Shown: positions 30,363-40,662, numbered from the stretch's first letter. The stretch is 64,000 nt of DNA from an uncultured Chloroflexia bacterium (GCA_963728205.1 CAVSIV010000006.1:576001-640000); one strand, 5' to 3'. Program-made: numbers and translations. Notes: generated by a model from the letters alone, not told the origin.

Positions 30363-30539
30363 ATGGCTGCCCTTCGCAAGGTCGAACCCGAAGACCGGCG
30401 CCCGCGCCTCAGCGTGGTCCCGCGCACGATCCCGATGGAGTCGCTGGACGGCTCCCCGGCGCGCGGGATCCTGATCGGCGTCGTGGTGTCGGTGGCCGCG
30501 TTCTGGCTCCCGGCGGCGGTGCTGATCCTCAACCGCTAG
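30363..30539 (+). CDS. Small single-TM protein, DGxPARGIL family copy 3
   Basis: AGGAG RBS; MESLDGSPARGILIGVVVSVAAFWLP. Confidence 0.72.
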   Translation: MAALRKVEPEDRRPRLSVVPRTIPMESLDGSPARGILIGVVVSVAAFWLPAAVLILNR

Positions 30540-31047
30540 TCCGCGCCGCCCAGAACTCCGTCAGCCACGTCTCCTGCGCCTCGGTGAGCTGCGTGCCCGG
30601 GCGCGCGACGCGCACCGCCTGCACGGCCTCGCGCAGGGAGAGCCCCTGCTGCTCGATCAGCAGCGCCGCGGCCACGGTCGGCGTGCGCTGGAGGCCCGCC
30701 TGGCAGTGCAGGTAGAGCAGCGCCGGCGCGCCGCCCGCCGGCTCCTCCGCGCGGAACCAGCGCAGCAACTCCAGCACCATCAGCCGCGTCGGCGCCTCGC
30801 GGTCGCGCACCGGGAAGCGGCGCCAGCGCACCCCGATCCGCTCCATGAACACCGGGTCATCCAGCGCCTCCTCGCGGAGGTCGGCGATCGCCGTGACGCC
30901 GGCCTGCTCGACCAGCGTGCCGTACTCGTCGCGGTCGAGCGCCGGCCCGATCAGGAGCCACGGCGCGGGACGCCCGATCGCGTGCGCGATCGAACTGTGG
31001 CCGCCCCCGGTGAGCCGCCCCCACAACCGGGAGAGTGCGTCGGTCAT
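30529..31047 (-). CDS. Dual-specificity/tyrosine protein phosphatase
   Basis: PVRD acid loop; LHCQAGLQRT CX5R motif. Confidence 0.87.
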   Translation of the reverse strand: MTDALSRLWGRLTGGGHSSIAHAIGRPAPWLLIGPALDRDEYGTLVEQAGVTAIADLREEALDDPVFMERIGVRWRRFPVRDREAPTRLMVLELLRWFRAEEPAGGAPALLYLHCQAGLQRTPTVAAALLIEQQGLSLREAVQAVRVARPGTQLTEAQETWLTEFWAARTSG

Positions 31048-31110
31048 GACGGGCGGGATGGTAGCGCTTGCGGAGCCGCGCCGCGCCCCGGGACGTGTCG
31101 GGACGTCAAT

Positions 31111-31190
31111 TCAAGCGGCGGCAGCATGCCGCCGATACTGGCGTGGCCCGGGGGCCGCGGTGGCATCGGCGGCATGCTGCCGCCGCTTGA
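31111..31190. repeat. REP doublet variant
   Basis: TCAAGCGGCGGCAGCATGCCGCCGAT ... ATCGGCGGCATGCTGCCGCCGCTTGA. Confidence 0.85.
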
Positions 31191-31197
31191 CTACGGG

Positions 31198-32826
31198 CTA
31201 CGGGGTGGCCGTGGGCGGGGGGCGCGTGGAGGCGGGGGGTGCGGGCTCGGCATCCGACCCGGACTCGGCGTCGGGGTCGGCGGGGACGGGGCGTCGGGCG
31301 GCGACGCCGTTGATCTCGCGCTCGGCGCGGCGCAGCTCGCGCTCGTCGCGCTCGAGGTGGACCGCGCCGTTGCCGTTCGTCTCGACCGGCGGCGCCGCCT
31401 CGGGCTCGCCGGCCTCGGCGCGGCGCGCGAGCTGGGCGTCGCCGCGCACGCGGTCGAGCCGCTCGCGGGTGGAGTCGACGTACGCCTGGCGATACTCGGA
31501 GTGGTAGTAGGCGGTGTGCTTGCGCTGCACGCGGTTGATCACGACGCCGGCGAGCGGGTGGCCGGAGAGCGCGAGGTCCTCCACAGCGGCGCGTAGCGCC
31601 GGCGTGCGGGTCTTGCCGCCGCGCACGACGAGCACCGTCGCGTCCACCTCGGTGGCGAGCACCGACGCGTCGGTGACGGCGAGGATCGGCGGGCTGTCGA
31701 TCAGCAGCAGGTCGAAGCGCGCGCGCAGCTGCGAGAGCACCTGCTTCATGCGCGTGGAGCCGAGCAGCTCCGACGGGTTCGCCGGGACCGGGCCCGAGGT
31801 CAGCACGGAGACGTTGGGGTACGCGGTGCGGTGGACGGTGCGCTCGGCCTCGGCGCCGCGGCCGGCCAGCAGCGTGGTCAGGCCCTCGGCGTTGTCGAGC
31901 CCGAACAGGCGGTGCTGCACCGGGCGGCGCAGGTCGGCGTCGATCACGCAGACGCGCAGGCCGGCCAGCCCGAACACGACCGCGAGGTTGCCGACCGTCG
32001 TCGTCTTGCCCTCGGTCGTCCCCGGGCTCGTGAACAGCACGACCTTCTTCTCGCGGCTCTCCCCGAGCGACAGCGCGTGCGAGAGGCCGGTGCGCGTTGC
32101 GCGGTACGCCTCCGCGACGGTCGAACGCGGGCTGTTCGCGGCCGGCAGCTGCGCGCCGGGGAACTTCGTCTTGCCGAACTCCTCGACCCGCCCCACCGTC
32201 GAGAGCCCGGTCGCCTCCGCCACGTCTTCGCCGGTCTTCACCGTGTCGTCGAGGTACTCGACGAGCAGCACGAGGCCCGACACGGCCATCAGCGCGAGGA
32301 TCCCGCCGAGCGCGGCGTTGACCGTCTTGCGCGGCGAGACAGGCGCCTGCGGCGGCACCGCCCGCTCGACGATCGAGACCACCCCCGGGCGGCTCGAGAG
32401 ATCGGACTGGTTGCTGTTGATGAAGGTCTCGCTGACCGTGTTCGCGATCGTGCTGGCGAGCTGCGGACTGCGGTCCTCCGCGCTCACCTCGAGCAGCTGC
32501 GTCGAACGGGGGTTGCTCACCGAGATCTTCTGCTGCAGGTGATCGACGTCCAGCGGCAGCTTGCCGTTGTCGATCGCCTGCTGCAGCACCGGCCGCAGCG
32601 TGATCAGGCTGCTGAAGGTGTTCGCGAGCTGCTGGCTGGTCTGGATGTCGTTGAGCTGGACGACGCCGCTCGCCTGGCGCTGCACCACCAGGAGGGTGGC
32701 CGTCGCCCGGTAGGTGGGGGGGATGCGAGTGGAAACCAGGTAGGCGACGACGGCGCCGAGCAGGGGGGCGGCGACGAGGAGCCACCACCAGCGACGGGCG
32801 ATGCGCAGGTACTCGGTCAACTCCAT
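31198..32826 (-). CDS. Polysaccharide co-polymerase / BY-kinase fusion (Wzc/CpsCD-like)
   Basis: Wzz N-terminus MELTEYLRIARRWWW, PVSP; AEAYR, TSPGTTEGKTT Walker A, IDADLRRP, IDSPP, Tyr-containing tail. Confidence 0.92.
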   Translation of the reverse strand: MELTEYLRIARRWWWLLVAAPLLGAVVAYLVSTRIPPTYRATATLLVVQRQASGVVQLNDIQTSQQLANTFSSLITLRPVLQQAIDNGKLPLDVDHLQQKISVSNPRSTQLLEVSAEDRSPQLASTIANTVSETFINSNQSDLSSRPGVVSIVERAVPPQAPVSPRKTVNAALGGILALMAVSGLVLLVEYLDDTVKTGEDVAEATGLSTVGRVEEFGKTKFPGAQLPAANSPRSTVAEAYRATRTGLSHALSLGESREKKVVLFTSPGTTEGKTTTVGNLAVVFGLAGLRVCVIDADLRRPVQHRLFGLDNAEGLTTLLAGRGAEAERTVHRTAYPNVSVLTSGPVPANPSELLGSTRMKQVLSQLRARFDLLLIDSPPILAVTDASVLATEVDATVLVVRGGKTRTPALRAAVEDLALSGHPLAGVVINRVQRKHTAYYHSEYRQAYVDSTRERLDRVRGDAQLARRAEAGEPEAAPPVETNGNGAVHLERDERELRRAEREINGVAARRPVPADPDAESGSDAEPAPPASTRPPPTATP

Positions 32827-33091
32827 GGGGCGGGGCCGGCCTCTCCCTGGGATCTTCGGCGCGTGACGCGGAGTTGTTCAAATGTCGGCGCACCGGGCGT
32901 CCGCACGGAACCGTCGGACTCTACGCGTGGACTCCCCACGTCCGCCATCCGGATTTCCCCGCGGTCACGACAAATTATCAGATCGATGTTGCCTTGGTTC
33001 ATCAGGACTCATATGATTCCGGACAACTTTAGACGCTCCATGGACGGAGCGCCTCCGGTGCACGGACGCACGCGGACCCAGGGGGTACAGC

Positions 33092-33904
33092 ATGATCAAG
33101 GTTCGCTCGCCACGTGCCATTGGAACATGGATCGCCATCGCGGTCGCGATCGCGGTCGCCGCGTTCGCGCTGATGCCCGGCTCGTGGGGCACCGCCGAGG
33201 GGCAGACCGCCGGTCCGCCGCCGCCGACGCCCGCGCCGGCAGCCACGCCGGTGACCGTGACCGTTCCGCCATCCGGTGGGACCGTGAGCGCGCCGGCGGC
33301 ATCGGTTAGCATCACGCTCCCCGCCTCGGCAACGGGAGGCCAGCCGATCGTCGTGTCGGTCACGCCGCTCGGGGTCGGGAGCGGATCGCCGGCCCAGACC
33401 AACGCGGTGGCGCAGCAGGTGCTCGCCAGCCTCGGCATTCCCGCGCCCGCCGGTGAGATCACCGACCTCTTCCAGATCGACGCGTCGAACGCGTCCAGCG
33501 GCCAGGTCGTCCACAACCTCGACGGCACCGTGACCCTCACCGTCGCGATCAGCCCCGCCGTGCTCGCCGCGGCGGGCGGCAACCCCGCGAACGTCTCGCT
33601 GCAGTTCTTCGACACCGCCTCCGGGAAGTGGACGCCCGTCTCCTGCACGGCATCCGCCACCGGCCTCGCCTGCAACGTGAACCACTTCTCGGTCTGGGCG
33701 CAGGTGGTCACGAGCGCGCCGATCGCGGGCGCGGCGCCAACGCCGGCCGCTCCGACTTCCGCGCCGGTTCCGGCGGCGACGGGGTACGGGCCGGGAGCCT
33801 CGAGCCGCGCGGGCGTGAGCCCGCTCTGGTTCCTTGGTGCCGCCGTTGTTCTTGGCGGTCTTGGATTCGGTGGGCTGACGGTCACGCGGAAGCGCCGCGC
33901 CTAA
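33092..33904 (+). CDS. Secreted, C-terminally anchored protein with a GPS-like HFS motif (copy 1)
   Basis: Signal peptide, Pro/Thr linker, NVSLQFFDTASGKWTPVSC..LACNVNHFSVWA, PAATG, TM, RKRRA tail. Confidence 0.8.
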   Translation: MIKVRSPRAIGTWIAIAVAIAVAAFALMPGSWGTAEGQTAGPPPPTPAPAATPVTVTVPPSGGTVSAPAASVSITLPASATGGQPIVVSVTPLGVGSGSPAQTNAVAQQVLASLGIPAPAGEITDLFQIDASNASSGQVVHNLDGTVTLTVAISPAVLAAAGGNPANVSLQFFDTASGKWTPVSCTASATGLACNVNHFSVWAQVVTSAPIAGAAPTPAAPTSAPVPAATGYGPGASSRAGVSPLWFLGAAVVLGGLGFGGLTVTRKRRA

Positions 33905-33936
33905 GGCACGGCGGAACCCCGGACCTGCTCAACAAC

Positions 33937-33968
33937 GCATGAGGCGGGAGAGTCTTCCCGCCTCATGC
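33937..33968 (+). terminator. 13-bp stem-loop, probable terminator
   Basis: GCATGAGGCGGGA-N6-TCCCGCCTCATGC; no clear U-tract. Confidence 0.55.
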
Positions 33969-34134
33969 CGTGTCCGGGTGCCTCTCGAGTCGGTGCTGCT
34001 GGCGACATTCGAGCAGAACGAGCCCTCACGAACCGGCCGAGGCTGTCGACGATCGAACAGGGTGCGTGAAGTGCGCTCTTTCGCTCCCGGTGCGCGTCGA
34101 CGCTGAGACCGAGCACAGATACAAGGGGTCGGTT

Positions 34135-35646
34135 ATGTCTCAGAGCGATGGGTTCGTCGTCTGGCTGACCGGGCTTTCCGGAGCCGGTAAGTCGACGCTG
34201 GCCACGCGCCTGGCCGAGCACCTCAAGTCCGCAGGGATCGAGACCGAGGTTCTCGACGGCGACGAGGTTCGCGGCCACCTATCGCAGGGGCTCGGATTCT
34301 CGCGTGCCGATCGCAACGCGAATATTGCTCGCATTGCCTACGTGGCTCGCCTCTTGGCCGCGCATGGCGTTGCGGTCATCGTTGCGGCGATCTCCCCATA
34401 CGCCGACGCGCGGGAGGAGGCGCGACGTAGCGTCGATCGCTTCGTCGAGGTCCACGTGGACTGCTCGCTGGACGAACTGACCCGCCGCGATCCGAAGGGG
34501 CTGTACGAACGAGCGCTCCGGGGTCAGATCGCGAACTTCACCGGAGTCTCCGATCCGTATGAATCGCCGGCGTCTCCGGAGGTCCGTGTGAACTCCGAAC
34601 GTCAGACCGTGCAAGAGTCGCTCGACGACATCGTCGCCTACCTGCAGCGATCGGGTCTGGCACCCGCGACAAAGGGGCGGCCACCAACGACGCCCCTCAC
34701 AGTTTCCGTTCCACTCCGCGAACTTCGCCCGCCGACGCATCGCCAACACCAGTTCGAGCACCTCGATCTGCTCGAGGCGGAAGCCGTATACATCTTCCGC
34801 GAGGTCGCTGCGGAATGTGAACGCCCGGCGCTCCTCTTCTCTGGCGGCAAGGACTCGGCCGTCATGCTGCGCGTTGCCGAAAAGGCATTCCTGCCGGCGA
34901 AGATTCCGTTCCCGGTCGTGCACGTGGACACCGGACACAACTTCCCTGAGGTGATTGACTTCCGTGATCGCCGCGCCGGGGAGCTCGGGGTGCGACTGCT
35001 CATCGGCTCCGTGCAGGAGGCGATTGACGCTGGCCGAGTCATCGACGAGACAGGGCCGCGCGCCACGCGCAATCGGCTACAGACCGAAGTGCTACTCGAA
35101 ACTATCCGGAGATACCGCTTCGACGCGCTCTTCGGGGGTGGGCGTCGTGACGAAGAGAAGGCGCGCGCGAAGGAGCGGGTCTTCTCGTTCCGCGATGAGT
35201 TCGGTCAGTGGGACCCGAAGCGACAACGGCCGGAACTCTGGGATCTGTACAACGCGCGGAAACGTTCGGGCGAGCACCTGCGTGTGTTCCCGATCTCGAA
35301 CTGGACGGAACTGGACGTATGGCAGTACATCGCGCGAGAGGAGATCGATCTTCCGTCGATCTACCGCGCGCATCGCCGGCCGGTCGTTCGACGGGACGGA
35401 ATGCTCATGCCGGTCAGCGACTATCTCGTGCTCCTCGAAGGCGAGGCGCCGTTCGAGGCGACAGTACGGTTCCGCACCGTAGGCGATATGACGTGCACGG
35501 CGGCGGTCGAGTCACAGGCTGAGTGCCTCGATGACGTGATCGCCGAGATCGCGGCGACGCGCGTCACGGAGCGCGGTGAGACCCGCGCCGATGATCGTTT
35601 TTCTGAGACGGCGATGGAAGACCGCAAGCGCCTGGGGTACTTCTGA
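34135..35646 (+). CDS. cysD: Fused APS kinase (CysC) - sulfate adenylyltransferase subunit 2 (CysD)
   Basis: WLTGLSGAGKST, LDGD, RDPKGLY, FTGVSDPYE; then LFSGGKDS, HVDTGHNF, GGGRRDEEKARAKER, MEDRKRLGYF, all in one frame. Confidence 0.9.
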   Translation: MSQSDGFVVWLTGLSGAGKSTLATRLAEHLKSAGIETEVLDGDEVRGHLSQGLGFSRADRNANIARIAYVARLLAAHGVAVIVAAISPYADAREEARRSVDRFVEVHVDCSLDELTRRDPKGLYERALRGQIANFTGVSDPYESPASPEVRVNSERQTVQESLDDIVAYLQRSGLAPATKGRPPTTPLTVSVPLRELRPPTHRQHQFEHLDLLEAEAVYIFREVAAECERPALLFSGGKDSAVMLRVAEKAFLPAKIPFPVVHVDTGHNFPEVIDFRDRRAGELGVRLLIGSVQEAIDAGRVIDETGPRATRNRLQTEVLLETIRRYRFDALFGGGRRDEEKARAKERVFSFRDEFGQWDPKRQRPELWDLYNARKRSGEHLRVFPISNWTELDVWQYIAREEIDLPSIYRAHRRPVVRRDGMLMPVSDYLVLLEGEAPFEATVRFRTVGDMTCTAAVESQAECLDDVIAEIAATRVTERGETRADDRFSETAMEDRKRLGYF

Positions 35647-36893
35647 TGGAACTCTTGCGATTCGTCGCAGTTGGGTCAGTGGACGACGGGAAGAGTACGC
35701 TCATCGGCCGTCTGCTCTACGACTCGAAGGCCATCTTCCAGGACCAGCTCGACTCGTTGGAGCGCGCGAGCATTCATCGGGGGAATGGCGCGATCGATCT
35801 CTCCCTGCTCACGGACGGGCTCCGGGCGGAGCGTGAGCAGGGGATCACAATCGACGTTGCGTACCGCTACTTTGCGACGCCCCGTCGCAAGTTCATCATC
35901 ATCGATACCCCGGGCCACTTGCAATACACGCGGAACATGGTCACGGGTGCGTCAAACGCCGACCTGGCGCTCATCCTGATCGACGCTCGGCGCGGCGTCC
36001 TCGAGCAATCCCGCCGCCATGCGTTCATCGCGTCTCTACTCGGCATCCAGCACCTCGTTGTATGTGTGAACAAGATGGATCTGGTTGGGTGGAGCGAAGA
36101 ACGCTTCGACGAGGTGCGAGCCGAGTTCTCGGAGTTCGCGGCGCGACTCGATACCACGGACGTGTCCTTCATCCCCATCTCCGCCCGAGACGGGGACAAC
36201 GTTGTCGAACGTTCGCCTCACATGCAGTGGTATCAGGGGGCGACACTCCTCCACCTCCTCGAAGAGGTATATGTATCGGCGGATCGCAACCTGATCGACG
36301 TCCGCTTCCCCGTCCAGTACGTGATACGCGATTACTCCGCCGGATACCGCGGATATGCCGGCACCGTCGCCGGCGGAGTAATCCGGCGCGGCGACGAGGT
36401 CGTCGCCCTGCCGTCCGGAAGAGGCACCCGCGTCGCGAGCATCGAACGCTATGGCGAACTAGTGGATGAAGCGTTCGCTCCGATGGCGGTGACGATCCGC
36501 CTCGAGGACGAGCTCGACATTTCCCGCGGCGACATGATCTGCCGCTCGAACAACCGGCCGAGTATCGTCCAGCGGTTCGAGGCAATGGTGTGCTGGATGA
36601 GCGACAGCAGGGACCTCTCCCAGGGCGACCGGCTGCTCCTCAGGCAAACTACCCGCGAGGTGCGCGCCACCGTAGACAGCCTTCGGTACCGGATCGACGT
36701 CAACACGCTGCACCGGAAGCGTGGTGTCGATCACCTTTCATTGAACGACATCGGACGCGTGCGCTTTCAGAGCACGGCGCCGGTCCTGTTCGATGAGTAC
36801 CGGCGAAACCGGAAGACCGGCGCGTTCATTCTCCTGGACGAGCAGACGAACGACACAGTCGCAGCGGGGATGACGGTCGATGTTGGCGTCTGA
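35646..36893 (+). CDS. cysN: Sulfate adenylyltransferase subunit 1 (no C-terminal CysC domain)
   Basis: GSVDDGKSTLIGRLL, EREQGITIDVAYRYF, DTPGH, NKMD, TGAFILLD..TVAAGM. Confidence 0.95.
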   Translation: MELLRFVAVGSVDDGKSTLIGRLLYDSKAIFQDQLDSLERASIHRGNGAIDLSLLTDGLRAEREQGITIDVAYRYFATPRRKFIIIDTPGHLQYTRNMVTGASNADLALILIDARRGVLEQSRRHAFIASLLGIQHLVVCVNKMDLVGWSEERFDEVRAEFSEFAARLDTTDVSFIPISARDGDNVVERSPHMQWYQGATLLHLLEEVYVSADRNLIDVRFPVQYVIRDYSAGYRGYAGTVAGGVIRRGDEVVALPSGRGTRVASIERYGELVDEAFAPMAVTIRLEDELDISRGDMICRSNNRPSIVQRFEAMVCWMSDSRDLSQGDRLLLRQTTREVRATVDSLRYRIDVNTLHRKRGVDHLSLNDIGRVRFQSTAPVLFDEYRRNRKTGAFILLDEQTNDTVAAGMTVDVGV

Positions 36894-38007
36894 CGTCCGC
36901 CCCTACCGCCCCGGGCAAGTTTCTGGTGACCGTCGGATAGCGCTCGTCCATCCATGGGTCGTCCACGCCCGCGGCGCCGAACGCGCCTTCTTCGAGATGG
37001 CGCGCACGTTCCCTGATGCGGATCTCTTCTTCCTCCACTACCGCCCCGAAGTGCTGCCGCCGGACTTGGCTCCCCGCGTACGCGGGAGCACGTTTCTTCA
37101 GCACGCACCATTTAAGACCCGAGCCTACAGGACATTCCTGCCCCTCCTTCCGTTAGCAGCGGACTCGCTTGAACTGCGCGGGTACGACATCGTTGTGTCC
37201 TCTTCCTATGGATGGACGCATGGCGCTGGGCGCGGACGCGATCTTCAGCGCATCAGCTACATGCACTCACCGCCGCGCTACCTCTGGGAGGAATCTCCCC
37301 CGGATCGCTTCGCACAAGCGCTCCGTCCTTTCCTCGGGCCGACCCTTTCGCGGCTTCGACGGTGGGACGTCGCGGCCGCCTCATCTGTGTCACAGTTCGT
37401 CGCGAACTCGAAGATATCGGCGGAGAGAATCATGGCGCGCTATGGTCGGATCTCCAAGGTGATCTATCCTCCGGTCGATACGGCGCGTTTCCGGCATCTC
37501 GATAGGGATCCGCACGGCTTCCTGCTCACGCTCGGCGAACTCGTCCCGTACAAGCGATTCGACCTTGCGGTGCTCGCGGCTGCCGCGACGCGTCGATCGT
37601 TGGTCGTCGTCGGTGACGGACCCGAACGTGCCCGGCTGAAGCGACTCGCGTCGGGTGCCGACGTACGCTTTGTGGGTCGCGTGACTGACCGCCAGCTCCT
37701 CGATCTGATGAGCGGTGCCGCCGCACTGCTCCACCCAGGGGTTGAAGACTTCGGTATTGTCATTGTCGAGGCGCTGGCAGCCGGTCTACCCGTCATCGGG
37801 GCTCCGACGGGAGGTGCCGCCGAAATCCTAACGGAGGGCACAGGGCTTCTGGCCCACGCGCTCGAAGTCTCCGCTTTCGCCGAGGCGATTGAGTCGGTGC
37901 TGCGGATCCGCGTCGCCTCTTGCGATCTACGCGAACGCGCGGAACACTTCGGGGTCGCGCGGTTCCGCACTGGGCTCGCCGACTTCGTTGCAGGCGCGGC
38001 GTTCTGA
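36880..38007 (+). CDS. GT4 glycosyltransferase
   Basis: RGAER, HSPPRYLW, VIYPPVD, YKRFDL, EDFGIVIVEA. Confidence 0.92.
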   Translation: MLASDVRPYRPGQVSGDRRIALVHPWVVHARGAERAFFEMARTFPDADLFFLHYRPEVLPPDLAPRVRGSTFLQHAPFKTRAYRTFLPLLPLAADSLELRGYDIVVSSSYGWTHGAGRGRDLQRISYMHSPPRYLWEESPPDRFAQALRPFLGPTLSRLRRWDVAAASSVSQFVANSKISAERIMARYGRISKVIYPPVDTARFRHLDRDPHGFLLTLGELVPYKRFDLAVLAAAATRRSLVVVGDGPERARLKRLASGADVRFVGRVTDRQLLDLMSGAAALLHPGVEDFGIVIVEALAAGLPVIGAPTGGAAEILTEGTGLLAHALEVSAFAEAIESVLRIRVASCDLRERAEHFGVARFRTGLADFVAGAAF

Positions 38008-38008
38008 C

Positions 38009-39112
38009 GTGTTGCTCATCGATGCAACAACTGCCGAGCACGCCACAGGAATCCGCGTGGTCATAGCGGGATTCCTGCGCGGCCTTGCGGCGGCCGAGCC
38101 CGGCACGCGGGACCAAGTCATGGTCGTGGCAGGCCCGCACACACCCGTGGCCCCATCACTGCGCGTATTTCGGGTGCCCATAGCATCGTCCCGACTTGGC
38201 CGACTGGCATACCAGCGCCTTGCCTTGCCGTTCCACATCTCGTTGCTTCGACGCAAAGGTTTGGCGATCGACCACGCACTACTGATGGACTCCTACCTCC
38301 CGTACATCAGCGGCGTGCGAGGCGTACGGTATACATGCTTCGTGCACGACGTGCTGCCGTTGACGCACCCGCAGTACTGGTCTCAGTCCCAACTACTCCT
38401 TAAGCGTTCCGCGTTCGCGACGATACGGCGGGCCCGAGCAGGGATCGTCACGTCGAGCGACTACAATGCCAACGAGATTCGGTGTGTGCTCGGCGTCGAC
38501 GCGCGGGTCGCGCGCTTCGGGTGCGGACAGTTGAGCGACGATGACGCCGACTCGGCGGTCCCGGTCCGCGCGCGTCGCCCGCGCTTTGTCTTCGTCGGTT
38601 CAATCGAGCCGCGGAAGTGCGTGCTGCAACTCGTCGAGGCATTCGGAAGCCTCGTGGACGCGAGTGCCTCCGGCAGCGAACTCGTGTTGATCGGTAACGC
38701 GAGCGGGGACTACGGGCGCGCGGTCCGGCAACGAATCGCCGACCTTAGCCTGTTGGGGCGCGTACGGTTCGCCGGCGCGCTCCCTCCGCATGAGACGGTA
38801 GCGCTGATGCGCGACGCGCGAGCCGTCGTGTTTCCGTCCGTCGCCGAGGGCTTTGGGCTCCCAGTGCTCGAAGCGCTTGCATTGGGAACGCCCGTCGTGG
38901 CATCTGACATCGAGTCGATTCGCGGCTGGGCCGGCACGGCGGTGTTCTACGCAAGCCCAGGCGATGTGGGCTCCCTCGCGGCAGCGCTCGCTGCCACACC
39001 AGAGACTGGCGACTCGTCAGTTCCCTCGCGCGGCCAGCATGTCGCGCTGAGTTATCGTTGGCGAAGGTTCGCTGCTGAGCTCCTTAACTTCGCTCAGCAG
39101 CCACCCACGTAA
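38009..39112 (+). CDS. GT4 glycosyltransferase
   Basis: VHD, VGSIEPRK, FPSVAEGFGLPVLEA. Confidence 0.9.
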   Translation: MLLIDATTAEHATGIRVVIAGFLRGLAAAEPGTRDQVMVVAGPHTPVAPSLRVFRVPIASSRLGRLAYQRLALPFHISLLRRKGLAIDHALLMDSYLPYISGVRGVRYTCFVHDVLPLTHPQYWSQSQLLLKRSAFATIRRARAGIVTSSDYNANEIRCVLGVDARVARFGCGQLSDDDADSAVPVRARRPRFVFVGSIEPRKCVLQLVEAFGSLVDASASGSELVLIGNASGDYGRAVRQRIADLSLLGRVRFAGALPPHETVALMRDARAVVFPSVAEGFGLPVLEALALGTPVVASDIESIRGWAGTAVFYASPGDVGSLAAALAATPETGDSSVPSRGQHVALSYRWRRFAAELLNFAQQPPT

Positions 39113-39189
39113 CGACGGCGAGGAGTCAATGCACAACGGCGCCGAACAGAGAGTCGCGAGCCTAGGTTCCCCCATCGGTACTTCAGTCG

Positions 39190-40662
39190 ATGAGCGCTGA
39201 ACTTCCGCCCGCGGGGATCGTCGTGCTAGCGATCTGTGGTTTGATCTTCCTGCAGCGCCCGCGGTGGCTACTGCCGCTGACCTTCGTGCTCTCTCCGTTT
39301 CAAGCCGCATCCGCGATCAGCGTCGCCTCCGGAAATACCGTAATTGGCATCCAGCCAGCATTGATACCCGGTACGTTCTTTTGTCTGCACATGATCCTGA
39401 ATCGCGACTGGCATCATGTGACGGCGATATCGATCATTTATTCCACTGCTTCTATATTCGCTGTATACGCATCATTATCATCAATACTAATGCCGCAATT
39501 GTTCAACGGACAGGTGCTCGTCCTGTCGCCAAGGAATGGCATCGACATTTCAAGGCTAACCGAGCCTGCACCTCAGATCTCGAATTTGAACCAATCAGCT
39601 TACATCATATTCTACGTCACATTTTCGTTCTTAGCTGCCCATGAGATACGCCGAACGCCGATACCGTCAATTCGTGCGTACATCGCTGCGATCGTGATCG
39701 CCTCCTTCTTCGGAATCTACGATCTGATCAGCTATCACACGAGCCTTCCGTGGCCGTCCTCCGTCATTAACTCGAATATCGCTTACCGCCAACTGTTCGT
39801 ACAGAGTATCGGTTCATTTCACCGATCTAGCAGTACGTTTACAGAGCCCTCCGCAGCCGCACTCTACTTATCTGCCGGATCAGTCTTCCTGCTGATCATG
39901 TGGCAGCGCACGCACAGGCGGAAATTCTTCGCGCTAGCGTGCCTGTCGATATCTGCGGCGCTATTCACACTCTCGACTACTGCGTATCTCACGCTCGGCA
40001 TCTGCCTCCTATTCATCGTGTGTCGCTGGGCCGTGAACCGCGGCGACTTCAGAAACGCAGCACCAGCGATTCTTGGCACTGCACTACTCGCCGGAGTAGC
40101 GCTATTGGCGATTGCCTTGACAGGAATCGCGGGGGGAACATCTACAATCATCCAGGAGACGATCACCGAGAAGGCAAGCACAGTTTCCTTCACCAACCGA
40201 TGGGCTGCCGACATGCACTCAGCTCAGCTGATCGCTCAAACCTACACTCTCGGAGCAGGGTGGGGCAGCAATCGGCCATCGAGCCTCTTAGCCAGCATTT
40301 TGAGCAATCTCGGGATTTGGGGTGCATTATTGGTCGGCGGCTTTATCATCACTCTTTCGAGAACTACTCGGCGCGCCATCGCGCATTCTCGCAACGACGC
40401 ACACGAGCAGGAATCACGCGCGGTCTTGAGCGCTGCCGCGTACGCACTTCTAGCAATCGGCATCGCGGGAGTCGCCTCCAACCCGGACCTGTCGACTGTT
40501 GCGCTCTGGCTGGACATTTCGCTGGTCGCCGGCTTGGCCGCGCGGGTGTTGCAGACATCAATGCCGTATGAACAACCACGCAACGTGAGTCGCGCCTGGC
40601 AAGGGTCGATTATACCCAGTCGCCGACTCCCCGAGATCACCGACGGATCGCCGAACGCCTAA
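39190..40662 (+). CDS. Wzy-like polysaccharide polymerase / O-antigen ligase family
   Basis: Many TM segments, RSSSTFTEPS, GAGWG; lowest GC in the window. Confidence 0.75.
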   Translation: MSAELPPAGIVVLAICGLIFLQRPRWLLPLTFVLSPFQAASAISVASGNTVIGIQPALIPGTFFCLHMILNRDWHHVTAISIIYSTASIFAVYASLSSILMPQLFNGQVLVLSPRNGIDISRLTEPAPQISNLNQSAYIIFYVTFSFLAAHEIRRTPIPSIRAYIAAIVIASFFGIYDLISYHTSLPWPSSVINSNIAYRQLFVQSIGSFHRSSSTFTEPSAAALYLSAGSVFLLIMWQRTHRRKFFALACLSISAALFTLSTTAYLTLGICLLFIVCRWAVNRGDFRNAAPAILGTALLAGVALLAIALTGIAGGTSTIIQETITEKASTVSFTNRWAADMHSAQLIAQTYTLGAGWGSNRPSSLLASILSNLGIWGALLVGGFIITLSRTTRRAIAHSRNDAHEQESRAVLSAAAYALLAIGIAGVASNPDLSTVALWLDISLVAGLAARVLQTSMPYEQPRNVSRAWQGSIIPSRRLPEITDGSPNA

